A DNA stretch of 64,000 nucleotides from Bryobacterales bacterium (GTDB taxonomy: Bacteria > Acidobacteriota > Terriglobia > Bryobacterales > UBA6623): positions 1,543,342 to 1,607,341 of the forward strand of contig CBDBIU010000004.1 of NCBI GenBank assembly GCA_965206025.1, read 5' to 3'. The translations under genes were made by a program, and so were the position numbers. Positions 59,985 through 64,000 of the stretch are shown piece after piece (position 1 is the first letter of the stretch; each line of letters starts with the position of its first letter). The notes beneath the pieces were generated by a model, which was not told the DNA's origin, did not search any database, and was given only the letters and a program-made list of their open reading frames with translations.

Positions 59985-61555
59985 AGTCTTGTCTCATGCA
60001 AGATGAGTCTGAACGAGGAGTTTGTTTCTCACACAAGATGAGCCTGAAGGATCGGGGAGTGGGCATGCTGGGAATTGACTATCCAAGTGCAAAACACCAG
60101 CAAGCTGAACCTGCAACAGATCCAGCAGTTTCTCCACTCCAGCGAGGAGATTCGATTCAAAGGCAAAGGGCGGGCCGAGATCTACACGTGGGTGGCGCGC
60201 ACGCTTCGCCAGCACGGCTACAGCCGCCAAAACCGCGCCGACAAAGGGCTGCTGCGGCAGTATCTGGTCAAGATGACCGGACTGAGCCGGGCGCAAATCA
60301 CGCGGCTGATCCAGCAGTACCGGCAGGGCGGAGAACTCCAACCCGCCCGCTACCGGCGGCATCGCTTTGCCCGCAAGTACACGCCCGCCGACGTCGAACT
60401 GCTGGCGGCGGTGGACGAGGCCCACGAAACCCTCAGCGGCCCGGCCACGCGCAAGATCCTCGAGCGGGAATACCAGCAGTACCAGCAGCGCGAATACGAG
60501 CGGCTGGCGGGGATCTCGGTGGCCCAGATCTATCGCCTGCGGCGGCGCAGAGCCTACCGCCAGCGGCGGCTGCATTTCACCAAGACCCGGCCCACGGCGG
60601 TGTCGATCGGCGAGCGGCGCCGGCCCGACCCGCAAGGCCAACCCGGCTTTCTGCGAGTGGATACGGTGCATCAAGGGGATCGCGATGGCGTCAAGGGCGT
60701 CTACCACATCAATGCCGTGGATGAAGTCACCCAGTGGCAAGTGGTCGGCGCCACGCCCGCGATCAGTGAAGCCTGGCTGGAGCCGTTGCTGAAAGCCATG
60801 ATCGAGCAGTTTCCCTTTCGTATCCGCGGCTTCCATTCCGACAACGGCAGCGAGTTCCTCAATCGCACGGTGGAGAAGCTATTGAACAAGCTGCTGATCG
60901 AACAGACCAAGTCGCGTCCGCGGCACTCCAACGACAACGGCTTGGTGGAATCGAAAAACGGCGCGGTGATCCGCAAACACATGGGATATACGTACATCGC
61001 GGCGCCGCACGCGGGGCGCATCCAGCGCTTCTACCAACAGCACTTCAATCCCTATTTGAACTTCCACCGGCCCTGCGGACAGCCCGAGATCAAGACCGAC
61101 GCCAAAGGCAAGCAGAAGCGGGTGTACCGCCACTACCAGACGCCTTGGGAATCTTTCGAGAAGTTGCCCGAGGCCGCCAGCTATCTCAAGCCAGGGCAGA
61201 GGCTGGAGGCTCTGGGCCGCATTGCCCAGGCCGAAAGCGACACGGCGGCGGCCCGCCGGATGCAGCGAGCCAAGCAGAAGCTGTTTGCCAGTTTCCGTTC
61301 CGCGAACACGCCGTGCTGAACAGCAGGAAGAGGGCTGTGGAAATGACGGGCGATGGAAAACGAGGAAAACCAAAACCAGGTTTCCCTTCGTTTCCCACCG
61401 CCCTTGGAAATCGCTCCGCGATTCCCACAATCCCACAACCCCGACGACGATTCTCCCCTTCCCAAAACTCAAAATCAAAAAGCCCGAAAGGAGCCCCAGC
61501 GACTCAAAAAGCCCCAACCCCCGTCTTCAGGCTCATCCTTCGATGAGAAAATGCT
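59985..61555 (+). mobile_element. 1571-bp rve-type IS, copy 2
   Basis: Same ends as copy 1; 5-bp TSD TTCAC at 59980-59984 and 61556-61560. Confidence 0.95.
60075..61319 (+). CDS. DDE integrase-core transposase (identical to 50503..51747)
   Basis: Identical translation in the ORF track. Confidence 0.92.
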   Translation: MTIQVQNTSKLNLQQIQQFLHSSEEIRFKGKGRAEIYTWVARTLRQHGYSRQNRADKGLLRQYLVKMTGLSRAQITRLIQQYRQGGELQPARYRRHRFARKYTPADVELLAAVDEAHETLSGPATRKILEREYQQYQQREYERLAGISVAQIYRLRRRRAYRQRRLHFTKTRPTAVSIGERRRPDPQGQPGFLRVDTVHQGDRDGVKGVYHINAVDEVTQWQVVGATPAISEAWLEPLLKAMIEQFPFRIRGFHSDNGSEFLNRTVEKLLNKLLIEQTKSRPRHSNDNGLVESKNGAVIRKHMGYTYIAAPHAGRIQRFYQQHFNPYLNFHRPCGQPEIKTDAKGKQKRVYRHYQTPWESFEKLPEAASYLKPGQRLEALGRIAQAESDTAAARRMQRAKQKLFASFRSANTPC

Positions 61556-62551
61556 TTCACAGCCATGGTCTCCTACAAATGTTTATACCGAACTAGATTC
61601 GGAATTGGAGTCGATCGATCTGAGCGATTCAGGGTTGGACGTTGACGCTGCTCTCGAGGAAACCATTGCCGCCACAGTAGCAACGTTAGGAGCAGATCTC
61701 GTACGGGTCGTATACAACCTCAACGTAGAGGCTGAACGAGAGGGTAAGCAACCAACTTTCAAACCAACGACGAAATCTTTCTTGGCGTGCGCGATCATTC
61801 CGTCCCGAGTCGCTACAGACGAGCGATCATTCTATGATGTCGTCGATAGCCTTTACTTTCTTTTGTATGAAGGGTCAGGTGCGGCCGCCAGACTGACGGC
61901 AGCCTATACCCCGGAGCAGCTTCAAAGCCTATGGAGATTGAAGCATCTGAGACTTGGTGCTCGGCACGACGTAGATCACGGGTCAGCGTCAGACATAGAA
62001 AGGAAGAATCAACAGGTCGGGGAGGCTTATGAGGTGCTCATTGGCTCTGTACATCCGCGAACTCGGTCAGACTGGCTTAGGTCCCAGATCGCACTCTATC
62101 GCGAACTGGTAGCCATGCTTGAGGCTCTTTGGTACGGGGATAACGAATGACCCTCTTGTTGACGGGTACCAGCTAACCTTGGGTGCCGCTCGTAGCGCGG
62201 TCGAGGCGCCGTTTGCCAGACCCGCAGCCTTTTGCTTTTGTGGCGCACGCATTCTTGTGTGCGCCACGTCCGGACGCCGGTTGGTGCATGACCCATGCAA
62301 TGGAGGTGGTCCAGCGCTCGATGGTTCGCCGAGCAGATCAGGTCAAACAGATGAACAATCCCCGGACCGCCGCCTCGCGGTCGCGGCGCGAAAGACTCGT
62401 GACGGTCGCGACCTGTTATTCGTTGAGTAGCTCCGTTGCCTTCGTAGAGCGTTCTTCGGATTGTCCGCAGGAGTGGGCAACTCAAGATGGACAGGACGGT
62501 CGACCATCTCGACGGCCCAGAAGAGGTCGCTGTTGGCGCAGTCGGGAGGAG

Positions 62552-62749
62552 CTAGCCGCTTTTCTCACCACGTGGCGAGGCGAAGTGCGTGAGAAGCCCG
62601 CCAGTACAAGGCGCGCGCCGCTCGGCGCCACATTTCTTAAACAATGCGGGCGTACTTGAACCTACGTTGAGCACGGCGAGCAAGCGCAACGCAGCAATCG
62701 CGGGCCTATGGCGTGCTTCGACCGTCAGGTGGTGAGAAAAGCGGGCTAG
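62552..62749. mobile_element. MITE family A, copy 6
   Basis: CTAGCCGCTTTTCTCACCAC ... GTGGTGAGAAAAGCGGGCTAG, 198 bp. Confidence 0.85.
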
Positions 62750-63441
62750 TCCAGTGGTTTGATTCGAATGCTTCGCCAAGCGACTTTGTAGGGGCCGCTT
62801 CCTTTTGGAACCCCGTGGACTTGCAGACCAATGAATCCTTTGGAGTGCGTCTTGTAGGTCTCCTCATCCACCAGATCCTCGATCATCTCGCCGTTGATCC
62901 AGGTCTGGATCCGCGCGCCTTTGGCCACAACGCGGTACTGATTCCACGCACCGTCTATGAAGTTCTTGTGCGGAATCACGCGCTTTTCGGAGCTCAGCCA
63001 GCCTTGCCCCATCGCTTCACCGTACACATATCCGGCCTCCGCCCCCTCTTTGCCACTGGCCTCGATCTCGATCTGGGGGCCGTACACGCGCCCGACTGCA
63101 TTGATGGGACCCTCGCCTGTGGGCTGGGTCTTGGTCTTCGAGCGTACTTGCACCCCTGAGTTCAGCTTTTGGTGCACCCGGACCTCGAACTCGAGTTCAA
63201 AATCGCCGTACTCGTTGACGGTGCAAAGAAAAGAGTTTGGGCTCCCCTCGCTCGTTCGCCCCACAATCGCTCCGTCCTCGGGCCGATACGTCGCCGTGCC
63301 GTTCTTTTGGACCCAACCGTCGAGCGTCTTCTTGTCAAAAAGCTCCGCCCAGTCCGCGCCCAAAGTGATCGGATGATGAACAGTAACGAACAGAGCAAAC
63401 GCAAGGATGCCGGCCCAATTTCGCGGGAGTCCATACTTCAC
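62746..63441 (-). CDS. DUF1080 (3-keto-disaccharide hydrolase family) secreted protein
   Basis: LFD.KTLDGW, YGDFELE.E, NSGVQ.RS, GPQIEI, G.WN.Y.V, G.IGLQVHG; GTG start with GAGGAG RBS. Confidence 0.92.
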   Translation of the reverse strand: MKYGLPRNWAGILAFALFVTVHHPITLGADWAELFDKKTLDGWVQKNGTATYRPEDGAIVGRTSEGSPNSFLCTVNEYGDFELEFEVRVHQKLNSGVQVRSKTKTQPTGEGPINAVGRVYGPQIEIEASGKEGAEAGYVYGEAMGQGWLSSEKRVIPHKNFIDGAWNQYRVVAKGARIQTWINGEMIEDLVDEETYKTHSKGFIGLQVHGVPKGSGPYKVAWRSIRIKPLD

Positions 63442-63476
63442 GTAATGTCTCCTCGTGGCTTTCCGGTTATTGAATG

Positions 63477-64000
63477 TTAGGCGAAAAGTTCCTTGATCTC
63501 GCCAAACTTCATGATGCCTTTGGGGGAGATGTTCTCGATGTATTCGAACGCTCTGCCCGAGGGGGTCTTCGTGATTCCCTTGGTCCAATCGATACCCATG
63601 GCGGAATAGAGGGTCACCAAGACGTCCTCGGGGTAGATGGACCGGTTTCGGTGCCACCCGGGATCAACGACCCGCGCAGCCTCTTCGTCGGTGCCGCCTA
63701 TGGCTTGACCGCCTTTGACCCCGGCGCCCGCGAGCAGCGCCACGGCGGCGTAGCGATAGTGGTCCCGTCCGTTCCTCAGATTGGGCGTGCCGGGAGTGCG
63801 GCCAAACTCGCCCATGCAGAGGACCAGAGTCTTGTCGATCAACGGCCGCCCGTCTTTGCCGCTTCGGGTTTCGAGGTCGTCGAGCAGACCCGAGAGCGCC
63901 GGGTCTAGCTCCCCGCACTGCTTATACTGGCTCCCTTTGGCCGTCTTGTCGTAGAGCTTGTCGTGGAGATCCCAGCCATTGTGAGCGATAAAGATGAACC
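63477..64000 (-). CDS. DUF1501 domain protein, 3' part (gene starts beyond the window)
   Basis: GWDLH, LD.ALS.LLDDL, MGEFGRTP, GRDH, GG.K.GQ.IG.TD. Confidence 0.88.
   Translation of the reverse strand, partial: FIFIAHNGWDLHDKLYDKTAKGSQYKQCGELDPALSGLLDDLETRSGKDGRPLIDKTLVLCMGEFGRTPGTPNLRNGRDHYRYAAVALLAGAGVKGGQAIGGTDEEAARVVDPGWHRNRSIYPEDVLVTLYSAMGIDWTKGITKTPSGRAFEYIENISPKGIMKFGEIKELFA

Larger units (their letters stand above)
59768..62150 (+). pseudogene. IS-interrupted ORF (about 268 aa when rejoined) with C-terminal HEPN-like RxxxxH motif
   Basis: Removing the IS and one TTCAC TSD restores an open frame (..LNSQPWSPT..); RLGARH at 61950-61967. Confidence 0.7.

Noticed and set aside
61353-61555. 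N-terminus of ORF 61353..62150
   Set aside because: IS-derived sequence read in frame into the interrupted HEPN-like gene.
62172-62216. attC site after the HEPN-like ORF (GCTAAC...GTTTGC)
   Set aside because: Only about 45 bp, R boxes imperfect and L boxes not recognisable; too degenerate to call.
62183-62551. Coding gene between the HEPN-like ORF and MITE copy 6
   Set aside because: Several short overlapping ORFs without motifs; contains a REP-like hairpin (GTGGCGCAC/GTGCGCCAC) instead.
1-64000. CRISPR array or cas genes
   Set aside because: No regularly spaced direct repeats with unique spacers; the repeats are dispersed MITE/REP types.

Overview
GC-rich bacterial window, most likely Acidobacteriota (Bryobacterales/Solibacter-like), inferred from gene content and repeat types. 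1-21 kb is mostly housekeeping: jag-mnmE-purS-glmS, a GT87 glycosyltransferase, an SSS symporter frameshifted in a G8 run, an orphan sugar-binding protein, murB, an attenuator-led his operon (hisL-I-D-C-B-H-F-Nudix-A, with no hisG or hisE) and an IS4-disrupted glgB. 21-64 kb is accessory: three ASPIC/UnbV (CRTAC1-like) proteins, a PPC-DUF1549/1553-DUF1501 module, a TonB-dependent receptor, TPR and FecR proteins, an S9 peptidase, a SagB-like nitroreductase and an OYE-family oxidoreductase with CoxG. Mobile DNA is dense: IS4, IS3, two apparently identical 1571-bp rve-type ISs, about 9 MITE copies sharing one TIR, REP clusters, a tRNA-Thr 3' att remnant next to a terminase-small-like gene, and two integron-integrase remnants. 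The main hypotheses are (1) an operon-embedded Nudix hydrolase replaces the missing HisE, (2) a possibly leaderless His-rich leader peptide controls attenuation, and (3) a decayed integron carries doubly inactivated NYN and HEPN-like RNase genes. No database searches were run; all family calls come from motif recognition.
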